Source: a virus
Lineage: Duplodnaviria; Caudoviricetes
Direction: 5' to 3' (one strand)
DNA length: 64,000 nucleotides
Virus record (IMG/VR): IMGVR_UViG_2828164553_000001
Span: 57,173 to 121,172 of that record
Part shown: positions 17,432-26,622 of the stretch, in pieces
How positions within the stretch are numbered: position 1 is the stretch's first letter
Layout of the letters: each line of letters starts with the position of its first letter
Made by a program: the position numbers and the translations under genes
The notes under the pieces: model-generated
The model's database searches: none
What the model saw: only the letters and a program-made list of their open reading frames with translations
Told to the model about the DNA's origin: nothing

Positions 17432-18322
17432 TTAGTCGTACTTGTAATTACAGGTAGTCTCAGGCTGCCCGTTTACGGTCCCTGTGACACAGATAACTCC
17501 ATTGACTTTCCTCACGGGCGCCCCTTTCTCCATATTAACACCGATGATGAAAAGCTGATTCACAAACGCTGCCACATCCGTCTGACTCGACCCTGCGAAG
17601 TTGTAAACGGTCGTAACCCCAGGATTCTTGGGCAATTGATCTTTGTTTTGCGGTATTACATTGTTCGCGTTGTCTCGATATGATCCAGGCACCGGCTTAA
17701 ACGTCTGAAAATCGCGATCCCAGAAATATCGAGCCACTCCACCATCTGCATAACGCACGATGATTGGGATTTTGATATCACGCGCTAAAACTGGATTTAC
17801 ACCATTAACGATCATTTGAAGCATCCCGTAGAAGGGATGGCCGAGGAGCCAATTACTAACCGCCACTTGCCTACCAGGATTATACATGTCGTCATAAGGG
17901 GTTGTCGGAAATCCCGGCTGAGCAATGATTTCAGGCTCTGCGGATGCTGTTCGCATAGCAGCCATGTAATTACTCATCCCGGACTCTACCGGCAGAACCG
18001 TGGGTACGATTACTGGGAGACAACCAGGGCGTGGCTGAGAACTGGGAGGACAAGGCACATCGCCTTCCCAGGTTCTTTGCATTCTCCACTTAAGAGTTCG
18101 GTCGTTACTGGCGTTTACGACATATATCTCTGTGGTGGAGGGCAAAGGTTGCGTTTGGGCGTACTGCCGCGCAGCTATCTGCATAGCTCCAGGCGCGCAA
18201 CCTTCGCAGGAAATGGCTACTTCCTTGACCTGTGCTGAAACATCACCGGTATATAAAAAAGAGCATACCGCGATTACCGGCAGTAATAGGGTGACTAGCT
18301 TTCCTGTGACCTTGTCGTGCAT
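17432..18322 (-). CDS. Secreted Cys-containing hypothetical protein (moron)
   Basis: Sec signal peptide (…VSA-Q), three Cys pairs, AT-richer than flanks, GGAG RBS. Confidence 0.7.
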   Translation of the reverse strand: MHDKVTGKLVTLLLPVIAVCSFLYTGDVSAQVKEVAISCEGCAPGAMQIAARQYAQTQPLPSTTEIYVVNASNDRTLKWRMQRTWEGDVPCPPSSQPRPGCLPVIVPTVLPVESGMSNYMAAMRTASAEPEIIAQPGFPTTPYDDMYNPGRQVAVSNWLLGHPFYGMLQMIVNGVNPVLARDIKIPIIVRYADGGVARYFWDRDFQTFKPVPGSYRDNANNVIPQNKDQLPKNPGVTTVYNFAGSSQTDVAAFVNQLFIIGVNMEKGAPVRKVNGVICVTGTVNGQPETTCNYKYD

Positions 18323-18483
18323 TTCTCGCTCCATGATTTTAGGTTTTGTGCAGGCCCCCTGTTGCCCACGTCCGTTTATAGCACGTGAAGAAGCTGCGTC
18401 TACTTTCTTGACGCGATTCGCAGAAGGCGCGGCCTGCAAACGAATGGTCTTGCCGCATCTATGTCCTTCAATCGTTTCGAAAA

Positions 18484-18786
18484 ATGGCAATACCACGCCT
18501 TTGGGAGGCTAATCTTGTGAACCACGTTGTGAAAATGAACGTCGACGATCTTTTCGACTACATGTCGCAAAGGTCTGCGAAAGCGGGCAAGCGCGCTTTG
18601 GAGCGGGACAAGATCACAGCAGATGTTTCTTCGCGTCCTGCTGCGGAGACGTCAAAGATTGACCTGATCCTCGACTCCAGGGGACGCCCCCTGGTCTCCA
18701 TCTGTGAGATGACCGGGCGCTTTAATAGCCGCCTGCGAGACACAACGCATGACACCTACGACGACGACGAGGGGGCCGATCAATGA
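18484..18786 (+). CDS. Hypothetical protein (true start probably downstream)
   Basis: ORF with ATGA overlap to the next gene. Confidence 0.45.
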   Translation: MAIPRLWEANLVNHVVKMNVDDLFDYMSQRSAKAGKRALERDKITADVSSRPAAETSKIDLILDSRGRPLVSICEMTGRFNSRLRDTTHDTYDDDEGADQ

Positions 18787-18977
18787 GCTGCGCCGCGCGT
18801 ATGGTCACGACTTCGCACAACACGGGGAACGATCTTCTGACTGCAATTGGCGATGCACTCGCAGCGGCACGTGTGGCGGCGCCTGAGGTGCCTGTCCAAC
18901 TGCACGCGATTTCAAGGGAAGGCGGAGAGTGGGAGCTGACAGTAGTGCGTCGCCCGATGCCCGAGAGCAACTCTTGA
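18783..18977 (+). CDS. Hypothetical protein
   Basis: GAGGGG RBS, ATGA overlap. Confidence 0.45.
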   Translation: MSCAARMVTTSHNTGNDLLTAIGDALAAARVAAPEVPVQLHAISREGGEWELTVVRRPMPESNS

Positions 18978-19472
18978 AGCCGGCAGAAGCGGCGCGAGAA
19001 GCGGGCATTCTTTTCGTGAAGACAGTGTTCCTTGCCTTTCTGTGCGGAGGCGTACTTCTAACACTCCTGGCGCCATTCCTGGCCTTATTTGCCCACGCTT
19101 GATGGCAGCCATGTCGCTGCCGGCACAAGAATTGCTAGTGATACTAACTTCGCATGGCATCTGAGGTTCTCGACTGAGATCGTTCTACACCCACCACATA
19201 ACCCTAATTCGCGATATGGCCTAAATTTGATACGAGAGAAAGACTCAGTGAACTTCTTGAAGAGCCTGCTTGCTCTACTTTGCCGCCGTCCAAGATTCTT
19301 CCTAATCGAGGCTACGCCCAACCAGAAAGGCTTCTGGGTGGACGTGATCAACGTCAATTGCATGTATATCGGTCTCGGGATCGGTATCATTGCAATTGAG
19401 GGACATGACCCTTAATCGCGAAGAAGGATGGATGCGGCTTCGCGCTCACCAGGCACATACGGAGCCGTCTCC

Positions 19473-19877
19473 ATGACACAGCTGACCACCGAAGAACTCG
19501 TGCAGATTCTCCACATCGCTCTTGGCGAGCTTCGCCAGGATGTTGAACCGGGGCTATTGGCATCCAAGATTCTCTGCCTCACTGCAACCTACAACCACCC
19601 GGGAACCCTGCAGTCCGAAATTACGAAGTACGTCAAAGACCTGACGCCTTCGGCAGCGTCCCGCCACATCATGGACTGGTCGTTTCGCGGCAAGACTCTC
19701 AAGCCGGGCGATCAGCCCAGCGGCATGGAATTTATCCAGCAGCAGGCCGATCCACTGTATCCGCGCCGCAACCTCCTCCACATGACCCCTAAGGGTCTTC
19801 AATACCTCTCAAACCTCACTGATCGCGTCAACGAGGCGCTGCAGAAGCGCGCCGTGCGTTCGGCGAAATCCGCATGA
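19473..19877 (+). CDS. MarR-like winged-helix protein, probable prophage repressor
   Basis: 'HPGTLQSEIT..LTPSAASRHI' HTH and 'DPLYPRRNLLHMTPKG' wing; immediately upstream of the integrase. Confidence 0.75.
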   Translation: MTQLTTEELVQILHIALGELRQDVEPGLLASKILCLTATYNHPGTLQSEITKYVKDLTPSAASRHIMDWSFRGKTLKPGDQPSGMEFIQQQADPLYPRRNLLHMTPKGLQYLSNLTDRVNEALQKRAVRSAKSA

Positions 19878-19887
19878 TGGAGATGCA

Positions 19888-21150
19888 ATGCCGTTACGAC
19901 TTAAGGGCACAGCCCCCCGACCCGGGGAGGCTGACCGTCGCTATTACATGATCGACGTGCAGGTGGAAAAGCGCCGGGAGCGACTATCCGCCGGAACTCG
20001 CGACAAGAACCTCGCGCTCCGTAAGGAGCAGAACATCATCGACGCGCTACGTGACGATCCTGAAGTCACTACGCTGGAACTCAAACGCATCCTCCGGGGC
20101 GAGCGTCTTGCCGCCATCCAGGATCGCCGCAGCGAAGATCGGGCCTGGACGCTGAAAGAAGCGTGCGACAAGTGCCTCAAGGACCGCGAGGACGGTGGCT
20201 GGGGTGCGGCGTCCTCCAACGACACCTACGCAACTAACTGCCGCATGATCCAGAAATTCCTGGGAGCGGACACGCCGGTTGCCTTCATCGATCAAGAAAA
20301 GATTCGCGACCTTGCAGACCATCTCCTCGACGAAGAGGAGAACGCGCCTGCCACGGTAAACCGCAAGCTCTTCGCGCTGATGCACGTCTTGGCTTACGCC
20401 AAGCAGCACAAGCAGTACCCGAAGGAGCTCCCCAAGTGGAAACCGCACAAGGAAGGCGACAACGCTCGCCAGTTCGTGCTGACCGCGGAAGACGAGCGGG
20501 TGATATTCGATGCAATCGCCAAGCTCGACGACCGACCGGACAACCCGCTCGGCGGCAACCAGGTCTCGCGCGACGCTGCGGACTTCGTTGACTGCTTTAC
20601 CTTCTTGGCGGACGTTGGCTGCCGCTTCTCTCAGGCGCTGAAAGTGCGCTGGCGGGACATCGACTGGGACCTTATGCCGGGCGTCGTAGGCATCAAGTTC
20701 TGGCGCAAGGGAGAGCAGAAAGGAGGGAGGGTTCGCACTATTCCCTGCACATCCCGCGTGGTCGATGTACTCAAGCGGCGACGGGCGCTGGGAGGAGATG
20801 GCCCATTCTCGGGACTGCGCAGGCAGCGAGGCACCGAGCTATGGAACATGGCAAAAGCAAGGACCAACCTGGCTAGGGAAGAAGAGTGCGTTCCCCACTG
20901 CTTGCGGCACACGTGCGCAACCCGCTTGCTTGCTCGTACGGGCGACCTGAAGTTGGTTCAAGAATGGCTCGGACACACCAAGATTGAGACCACGGCGGCC
21001 ATCTACGCGAAGGTGTTGGTGGACACAAAAGTGCGAGCGCTGAGTGCACTGCAAGACGGGTGGAATGGCGCGTCACCTATCCCAGATGTGGGAACAATCC
21101 AGGACTGCAACCTATCCCAACATCGGGACGACCCGACAGTAACCCAGTGA
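19888..21150 (+). CDS. int: Tyrosine integrase of prophage 1
   Basis: 'GCRFSQ', 'KGGRVRTIP', 'HCLRHT', 'WLGH', 'IYAK' catalytic motifs. Confidence 0.95.
   Translation: MPLRLKGTAPRPGEADRRYYMIDVQVEKRRERLSAGTRDKNLALRKEQNIIDALRDDPEVTTLELKRILRGERLAAIQDRRSEDRAWTLKEACDKCLKDREDGGWGAASSNDTYATNCRMIQKFLGADTPVAFIDQEKIRDLADHLLDEEENAPATVNRKLFALMHVLAYAKQHKQYPKELPKWKPHKEGDNARQFVLTAEDERVIFDAIAKLDDRPDNPLGGNQVSRDAADFVDCFTFLADVGCRFSQALKVRWRDIDWDLMPGVVGIKFWRKGEQKGGRVRTIPCTSRVVDVLKRRRALGGDGPFSGLRRQRGTELWNMAKARTNLAREEECVPHCLRHTCATRLLARTGDLKLVQEWLGHTKIETTAAIYAKVLVDTKVRALSALQDGWNGASPIPDVGTIQDCNLSQHRDDPTVTQ
21080..21128. promoter_or_regulatory. Operator pair at integrase 3' end / att arm
   Basis: TCCCAGATGTGGGA (21080) and TCCCAACATCGGGA (21115), the same motif as at the early promoters. 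Confidence 0.65.
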
Positions 21151-21186
21151 AGCTAAAGCCTTTTCGGTCAAAACAAGGGAAATCAG

Positions 21187-21264
21187 TGGGGTGGCTGAGG
21201 GGACTCGAACCCCCGACATCTGGAATCACAATCCAGTACTCTAACCAGCTGAGCTACAGCCACC
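21187..21264 (-). tRNA. tRNA-His (GTG), intact; its 3' part is the probable att core of prophage 1
   Basis: GGTGGCTGTAGCTCAGCTGGTTAGAGTACTGGATTGTGATTCCAG...GGTTCGAGTCCCCTCAGCCACCCCA; G-1 and CCA present. Confidence 0.97.
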
Positions 21265-21295
21265 ACTGAAAACCTGCTTCCTACCGTACCGCCGA

Positions 21296-21340
21296 TGGCG
21301 CGCCCGACAGGACTCGAACCTGTAACCGCCGGCTTAGAAG
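21296..21340 (-). pseudogene. 3' half of tRNA-Arg(TCT) = att site of prophage 2
   Basis: CTTCTAAGCCGGCGGTTACAGGTTCGAGTCCTGTCGGGCGCGCCA; similarity stops at the anticodon loop. Confidence 0.92.
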
Positions 21341-21360
21341 TCAGGACAACTAAGCCGAAA

Positions 21361-21446
21361 AATCAACAGCTTGCTTCAATTCTTTTTCAGGAGTGGGCGT
21401 CCCGAAAGCCGCACCACGTCGAAGCAAGTCCGCTATTTTTCAGGAG
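21361..21446. promoter_or_regulatory. att arm: IHF site and direct repeats
   Basis: AATCAACAGCTTG (21361-21373) matches WATCAANNNNTTR; TTTTTCAGGAG at 21383 and 21436 (arm-type sites). Confidence 0.65.
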
Positions 21447-21579
21447 CGGCGCGAGGAATGCAAGCGTTCGTTTTCAGCATGGGATCTTGGCCTGCACCGA
21501 CAGCGCTTTAACCAGGTCAGCCAACCGCCCCAGGCGAGCATGCATCAGCGCCTCGTGCGGAGTAGCACATAGCGGTCCC

Positions 21580-21804
21580 TCAGCAATCGCGGTCGGGATC
21601 CTCAAGGCCATGCCACGCCAAGATCTCATCAACCCGCCGGAGAACAAATTGAGCATCGTCATCCGTGATGGCGCTGTCCTCGATGACATCAGCCATACCG
21701 GCGAAAGCCTGCCAGAAGTGGCAACGGTCGGGGCTGCTTTTCAGCAGTGCCGGCACCGCCGCATCGAGGTTTTCTAGATGGGTTCTAAGTGCGGCTCTGT
21801 CCAT
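21580..21804 (-). CDS. Hypothetical protein
   Basis: 74-aa ORF 'MDRAALRTHLENLDAAVPALL'. Confidence 0.6.
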   Translation of the reverse strand: MDRAALRTHLENLDAAVPALLKSSPDRCHFWQAFAGMADVIEDSAITDDDAQFVLRRVDEILAWHGLEDPDRDC

Positions 21805-21864
21805 CAGGCCAGTATCGGCCCGAGCGTCTCAATGCTTGAGACAGTGCACCGTAGACTCGCGCAC

Positions 21865-22070
21865 ATGGACGAGACACAGCCAGGAAGCCTTTTTGAGCAA
21901 TTGCAGCAGCGCCTCGCAGCTGCGTCTGAACCACTCAAAGTTCTTCAGGAATTTGAAGCCGAGTTGCTATTTGCGTCTCCTACGAAGCCGCGGCCGTTGC
22001 GGAACTGATCGGTTCTTGGGGCTACCGTCTTGGCGTGCTTGAACGACAAGACCTGATTGGGTACATCTGA
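21865..22070 (+). pseudogene. Small hypothetical gene, apparent 1-nt deletion near 21975
   Basis: MDETQPGSLFEQ…ELLFA continues plausibly in another frame as YEAAAVAELIGSWGYRLGVLERQDLIGYI*; span is 206 nt. Confidence 0.4.
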
Positions 22071-22285
22071 TGTGCCGGGGTCGGCGCTGCTCATACGCCT
22101 CACGGGTTGAGCGGCCATCTTGGCCCCGCGCCGACACAAATAGATTGCCTGCTTCTCGCGCTCTGCGAACTCGGCTTACGCCGTTTTGCACGTAGGGGAA
22201 CTCCTTTCGTGCTCGTAGGGCGGAAGACCATCGGTCGCGGGACAGGCCTTGCGCTGAACCCGTCAGCAACTGAGAGCTCTCGTTT

Positions 22286-22301
22286 TTAGTAACTTTGCTA
22301 A
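22286..22301. promoter_or_regulatory. LexA (SOS) box, Xanthomonadales type
   Basis: TTAGTAACTTTGCTAA upstream of umuD, close to TTAGTA-N4-TACTAA. Confidence 0.7.
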
Positions 22302-22351
22302 TTTTGCAAGCCGTCTCGACCTTTGAGACTTAGTCCCGCGAAAGTTCGGCC

Positions 22352-22831
22352 ATGCTTTCCCTTCCACCACCTCACACCTATGCGCGCCTGCTTGGACTGG
22401 CGTGCCTTGACCCGTCGCCGCTCGGGTTGCCACTCAGCGCACTCTGCATCCAGCTTGGCTTCCCGTCACCTGCCGAAGATTTCCAGGACGACGAGATCGA
22501 TCTGAACCAGGTGCTGATCCGCAATCCGCCGGCCACGTTTCTCTACCGCGCTGAGCGCTGGAGCATGCTTCTTGCGGGTGTCTGCGACGGTGACATCTTG
22601 GTGGTGGATGGCTCCGCGCGACCAATCAGTGGCGACATGGTGCTGGCCATCTGGGACGGCAATCAGCCGGTCTGCAAGATCCTGCAGGTCGCTTCCGACC
22701 ACATCGAGCTGCACAGCCGCAGCCCCCATTGCGCGCCGATCATCCTGGCGCCAGGCACGGAGGTTGAGGTGTTTGCCGTGGTTGGCGTCGTCCGCCAGGT
22801 GATCCGTACCCATGCACGCGCTGGCCGCTGA
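22352..22831 (+). CDS. umuD: UmuD-like S24 peptidase
   Basis: 'GFPSPAEDF', 'NPPATF', '[12 protein letters not shown]'. Confidence 0.9.
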   Translation: MLSLPPPHTYARLLGLACLDPSPLGLPLSALCIQLGFPSPAEDFQDDEIDLNQVLIRNPPATFLYRAERWSMLLAGVCDGDILVVDGSARPISGDMVLAIWDGNQPVCKILQVASDHIELHSRSPHCAPIILAPGTEVEVFAVVGVVRQVIRTHARAGR

Positions 22832-24117
22832 TGTTTGCCTTGATCGACGGCAACAACTTCTACGCCAGCTGCGAACGGGTGTTCCAGCCCGAGCTGCGGG
22901 GCAGGCCGCTGGTAGTACTGAGCAACAACGATGGCTGCGCGATTGCAAGGTCAGATGAGGCCAAGGCACTTGGCGTGGCCATGGGCCAGCCGATCCATAA
23001 GGTGCCAACGCCTGTGCGCCGCCGGCTCGCCCTGCACTCCGCGAACTTTGGTCTGTATGGCGACATTGCCGCCCGCATCGGCGTAGTCCTTCGCCAGGCC
23101 GTGCCGCGCGTGGAGGTCTATTCGATCGACGAATCATTTCTCGACCTCGCAGGCATCCGCGATCGCCGGGAGCTGGCGGTCAACTTGCGCGAGCGCGTTC
23201 ACCAATGGACAGGCATTCCCAACTGCATCGGCATCGCGCCGACCAAAACGTTGGCCAAACTCGCCAACCGGCTCGCCAAGAATGCGGCACGCACGCCGGG
23301 CAGCTACCCGGCCGACCTCGCCGGCGTGTGCGATTTGGCGGCACTTAGGCCCGGCGAGTTAGATGCCGTACTGCGTGCGACCACAGTCGGCGATCTATGG
23401 GGTGTGGGGCGGTACTGGAGCGCTCGTCTGCAAGAACGTGGTGTAGCGACGGCTGCAGATCTACGTGATGCGCCTGCAGGCGACCTGTTGGCAGAGTTCG
23501 GGGTCGTCATGGCGCGAACTCAGCGCGAACTACAGGGTCATGCCTGCCTAGAGCTCGAGGAAATTGAGCCAGACCGTCAGCAGATCATGGTCAGCCGATC
23601 ATTCGGCGTCTGGGTCACGGACCTACAAGACATGGCCGAGGCGCTGGCCACCTTCGCCATGCGTGCAACAGAGAAGCCCCGTATGCGCGGCCTGACTGCC
23701 TGCGCGATCGGCATCTTTGCCGAGACTGATTCGTTCAAGCCGGGCGTGCCTCAACACAATCCGTCGCGCACAGCCGCCCTCCCCTCAGCAACGTCTGATA
23801 GCAAGCTCGTCCTCGCGACGGTGCGAAACCTGTTCCGTGGCTTCATGCGAGATGGGTTCACTTATAAAAAGGCAGGCGTATTCCTCGCCGACCTTGCCAA
23901 GCCGGGCGACCTGCAGGGCGACCTGTTCACCACTGCGCGAATCGGCGACGACAAGCTGATGGACACACTGGACGCGATCAATCGCCGATTCGGGCGAGGT
24001 ACTGCTGGGCTCGGGGCAAGCGGGTGGCAGTCGTCGCCGGCTTGGGCATCGCGACAGGATCTGTTATCCGTCCGTTTCACGACTTCATTAAAGGATTTAC
24101 CAAGAGCAATATGTTGA
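22831..24117 (+). CDS. umuC: Y-family DNA polymerase V subunit UmuC
   Basis: '[13 protein letters not shown]', 'VVLSNNDGC', 'YSIDE', 'TKTLAKLAN'. Confidence 0.95.
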   Translation: MFALIDGNNFYASCERVFQPELRGRPLVVLSNNDGCAIARSDEAKALGVAMGQPIHKVPTPVRRRLALHSANFGLYGDIAARIGVVLRQAVPRVEVYSIDESFLDLAGIRDRRELAVNLRERVHQWTGIPNCIGIAPTKTLAKLANRLAKNAARTPGSYPADLAGVCDLAALRPGELDAVLRATTVGDLWGVGRYWSARLQERGVATAADLRDAPAGDLLAEFGVVMARTQRELQGHACLELEEIEPDRQQIMVSRSFGVWVTDLQDMAEALATFAMRATEKPRMRGLTACAIGIFAETDSFKPGVPQHNPSRTAALPSATSDSKLVLATVRNLFRGFMRDGFTYKKAGVFLADLAKPGDLQGDLFTTARIGDDKLMDTLDAINRRFGRGTAGLGASGWQSSPAWASRQDLLSVRFTTSLKDLPRAIC

Positions 24118-24225
24118 ACTCTACAGCCCCGCGCTCCGATGGACTGAAGAGGTCCGCCGGAGCGCCACCCGCTCACGACCCGCGTATGCAATAAGCAAGA
24201 TTCATTAACTGGTAAATCAGCCGAA

Positions 24226-24648
24226 TTAAACAGGCTGCAAGGGCCGCACTTCAGTACGGCCGCCCCTACTACCGCCACCTGAAGAAGATTTCCCGCCGGA
24301 GTTTGCTCCACCTGTACTTTGTCGAACGTCGCCCCGGTCATAACGACTACCTCCGTCAAGAGGAGGATAAACCACCTGCCGAGCTGGTGGACCGCCCAGC
24401 CAGCCCGCTGAGTCCGTGCGAGTATAGGTAATACAAACGTTAGAGTTGCAGAGAATTACTTTATCTCCACCTTCAGCCACGAGACTGATACCCACTTTTT
24501 GCTTTATAAGTTCGACATTACTCCAGCTCGGCTGAGGGCTTTGCAGGTCATCGGTTGTATAATATGGACCACTGACAGATGCGGCCAAGAGGATTCCCAC
24601 ACCAAGAGCTGCCGCGGCGACTATCAAAATGGATAGATTCTTATTCAC
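24226..24648 (-). CDS. Secreted protein with Gly/Ser-rich tail
   Basis: GTG after AAGGA; signal peptide, CxxxxC, Gly-rich C-terminus. Confidence 0.65.
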   Translation of the reverse strand: MNKNLSILIVAAAALGVGILLAASVSGPYYTTDDLQSPQPSWSNVELIKQKVGISLVAEGGDKVILCNSNVCITYTRTDSAGWLGGPPARQVVYPPLDGGSRYDRGDVRQSTGGANSGGKSSSGGGSRGGRTEVRPLQPV

Positions 24649-24659
24649 AACGTTCCTTA

Positions 24660-25499
24660 TTAATGAGAACAACAGTCATTTAAAATTACACTCGCTTGCT
24701 CTTCACCGGCATGCACTTCGCTAGCAGACATCGTTGACCTCAAGCGATCCAGTGACCCCAATCTAGTCCCGGGAACTTTGGCTTGGGCGGCTTTGTAATA
24801 TGCGTAAGAACTCACATCATTCTTTGGCGCTAATATCCCGTCATCATATATTTCGCCGAGCCGCATCATTGCATCAATACTCCCAGCTGACGCGGATTCC
24901 GCCAGATATGTAACAGCCTCACGCTTATACTTCGTTATCCGCTGAGGATCTCTGATCATGTCAGTTGCATTGCCGACGATTGCCTCAGAGTCGGTGGCGA
25001 ACAGAAGGCGAGCTTGAATGCTGCCATTTCGCGCTGCGGCCGCAAGCCAATCTCCTCTATTAGATAGAGACTCTTTCGTAATACCGTGACAATCAGCGAG
25101 TTGTTTGGAAATCGCTTCCTCCAATCTCTCCGGACCGATCCCAGCAGATGCGTATGCTTTCATCTCATCGTCGGAAAGCTGATTGGACATAGCCTGGAAA
25201 CACTCATTGGCCTTTAGATAAATTCCAAAAGCAGCTTCGGCGTTGCCCTCTTGCGCTGCGCCCTCAAGCCTTTTCAGAACTTGCTCATAGGAGCCAGCTG
25301 GAACTTCCACCGAATTAATCTCGATAGACGATCCAGCCACCGGAGCATTCCTTCTAGACTTAATCAAAACCGCCGAAGGTGCTTCTGAATGTCTACCTTT
25401 TGAGCCGTCAGATCGATCGTAAAAATTCGGAATGATCAGCGCACCAATAAGAACAGCAGCAATAACGCATGCCGCTAGCAAGTATCCTTTTTTTCTCAT
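24660..25499 (-). CDS. Membrane-anchored Sel1-like repeat protein
   Basis: N-terminal TM; 'AAQEGNAEAA', 'SASAGSIDAMMRLGEIYDDGILAPKNDVSSYAY'. Confidence 0.75.
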   Translation of the reverse strand: MRKKGYLLAACVIAAVLIGALIIPNFYDRSDGSKGRHSEAPSAVLIKSRRNAPVAGSSIEINSVEVPAGSYEQVLKRLEGAAQEGNAEAAFGIYLKANECFQAMSNQLSDDEMKAYASAGIGPERLEEAISKQLADCHGITKESLSNRGDWLAAAARNGSIQARLLFATDSEAIVGNATDMIRDPQRITKYKREAVTYLAESASAGSIDAMMRLGEIYDDGILAPKNDVSSYAYYKAAQAKVPGTRLGSLDRLRSTMSASEVHAGEEQASVILNDCCSH

Positions 25500-25686
25500 C
25501 CTTGCCCCCTACGCCCTTCCATCGAGCAAAAAAATACATTAGTAAAAAAATTCTGGACCACGCCCCAACCGAACACGACCGCAGCATACATACAAATGGT
25601 CCGAGGACGCAATCACAGCCTGCGGACTGGGATTCGCTCGGTCATGAGTTGCATAGAAAACGCCTGACACACCCGTGTTGAAATGG

Positions 25687-26478
25687 TCAGAAGAGAACTG
25701 CCTCGCTATCGACCCAAGATTTAATGATGAGCTCCCGCGCCAAACTGCGTGATGCATGTCCTCCAATTGTGTAATGAAGCTGGAGAGGAACGATAGAGAA
25801 TTCCTCGAACGTGCTTCTAATGGCAGGATGATCGTTTAGCGATACAACACACTTGCCGCGACACGACCGCATTAGTTCTGCCATTCGCTCGTACTCACTG
25901 AAAGGGAAATCGACACCGTATCCTTCGGTCTGCCAGTACGGTGGATCAAGGTAGAACAGCGTTTCAGGCCGATCGTAGCGAGCAACACATTCGTGCCATG
26001 GCAGCCGCTCAATGACTACATTGGCCAGGCGCAGGTGCACTGCACTCAGTTCCTCCTCAATGCGCAGCAGGTTCAGTCGCGGCCCCACACCGCTGTCCAC
26101 CAAACCGAAGGTCTGCCCTTCAACCTTGCCACCGAACGCCAGCTTCTGCAGGTAGTAGAACCGGGCAGCGCGTTGGATGTCGGTCAAGGTCTCAGGTCGC
26201 TCCATCTGTGCCCACTCGAACATCTCGCGCGACACCAGCGACCAGCGGAACATACGCACGAATTCGTCGAGGTGATGCCGCACGCAGCGGTACAGGCAGA
26301 CCAGATCGCTATTGATGTCGTTGAGCACCTCCAGTGGTGCTGGACGTGGCCGCATCAAGAGCGCGGCCGCGCCGCCGGCGAAGGCTTCGACATAGGTCTG
26401 GTGGGCCGGAAAGTGGGGATAGAGGTGTTTGATCAGGCGGCGCTTGCCGCCCGGCCAGGGAATCATGGGTCGGGTCAT
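25687..26478 (-). CDS. DNA adenine methyltransferase (D12 class)
   Basis: 'PWPGGKRRL', 'YVEAFAGG', 'LNDIN', 'YLDPPY'. Confidence 0.92.
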   Translation of the reverse strand: MTRPMIPWPGGKRRLIKHLYPHFPAHQTYVEAFAGGAAALLMRPRPAPLEVLNDINSDLVCLYRCVRHHLDEFVRMFRWSLVSREMFEWAQMERPETLTDIQRAARFYYLQKLAFGGKVEGQTFGLVDSGVGPRLNLLRIEEELSAVHLRLANVVIERLPWHECVARYDRPETLFYLDPPYWQTEGYGVDFPFSEYERMAELMRSCRGKCVVSLNDHPAIRSTFEEFSIVPLQLHYTIGGHASRSLARELIIKSWVDSEAVLF

Positions 26479-26622
26479 TGGGTTCTCAGCATTTGCGATG
26501 TCGGTAGCCGACACTGCGCCCGCTCTCGCGAGGGCGCAGGGTCTAGGCCAATGCCAGGTGGTGAGAACACCTGTGTTGCGGCGCTGGACGTGCAGTGACA
26601 GCTGCACGTCCAGCGCCCTGTT

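Larger units (their letters stand above)
1..21264 (+). mobile_element. Prophage 1: temperate T7-like (Autographiviridae-type) prophage, right part; integrated at tRNA-His
   Basis: T7-like gene order (internal virion proteins, gp17-like fibre, holin, gp18/gp19 terminase), followed by early genes, repressor and integrase that end 36 bp from the tRNA-His 3' end. The left end and RNA polymerase gene are outside the window. Confidence 0.85.

Noticed and set aside
19089-19415. ORF upstream of the repressor
   Set aside because: TTG start without a clear RBS, a competing antisense ORF and no recognisable features; coding status unresolved.
21060-21777. ORFs 21060-21269 and 21295-21777
   Set aside because: They are antisense translations of tRNA-His, the tRNA-Arg fragment and the att arm.
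25538-25553. LexA box upstream of the Sel1-like gene
   Set aside because: Only the TTAGTA half-site matches.
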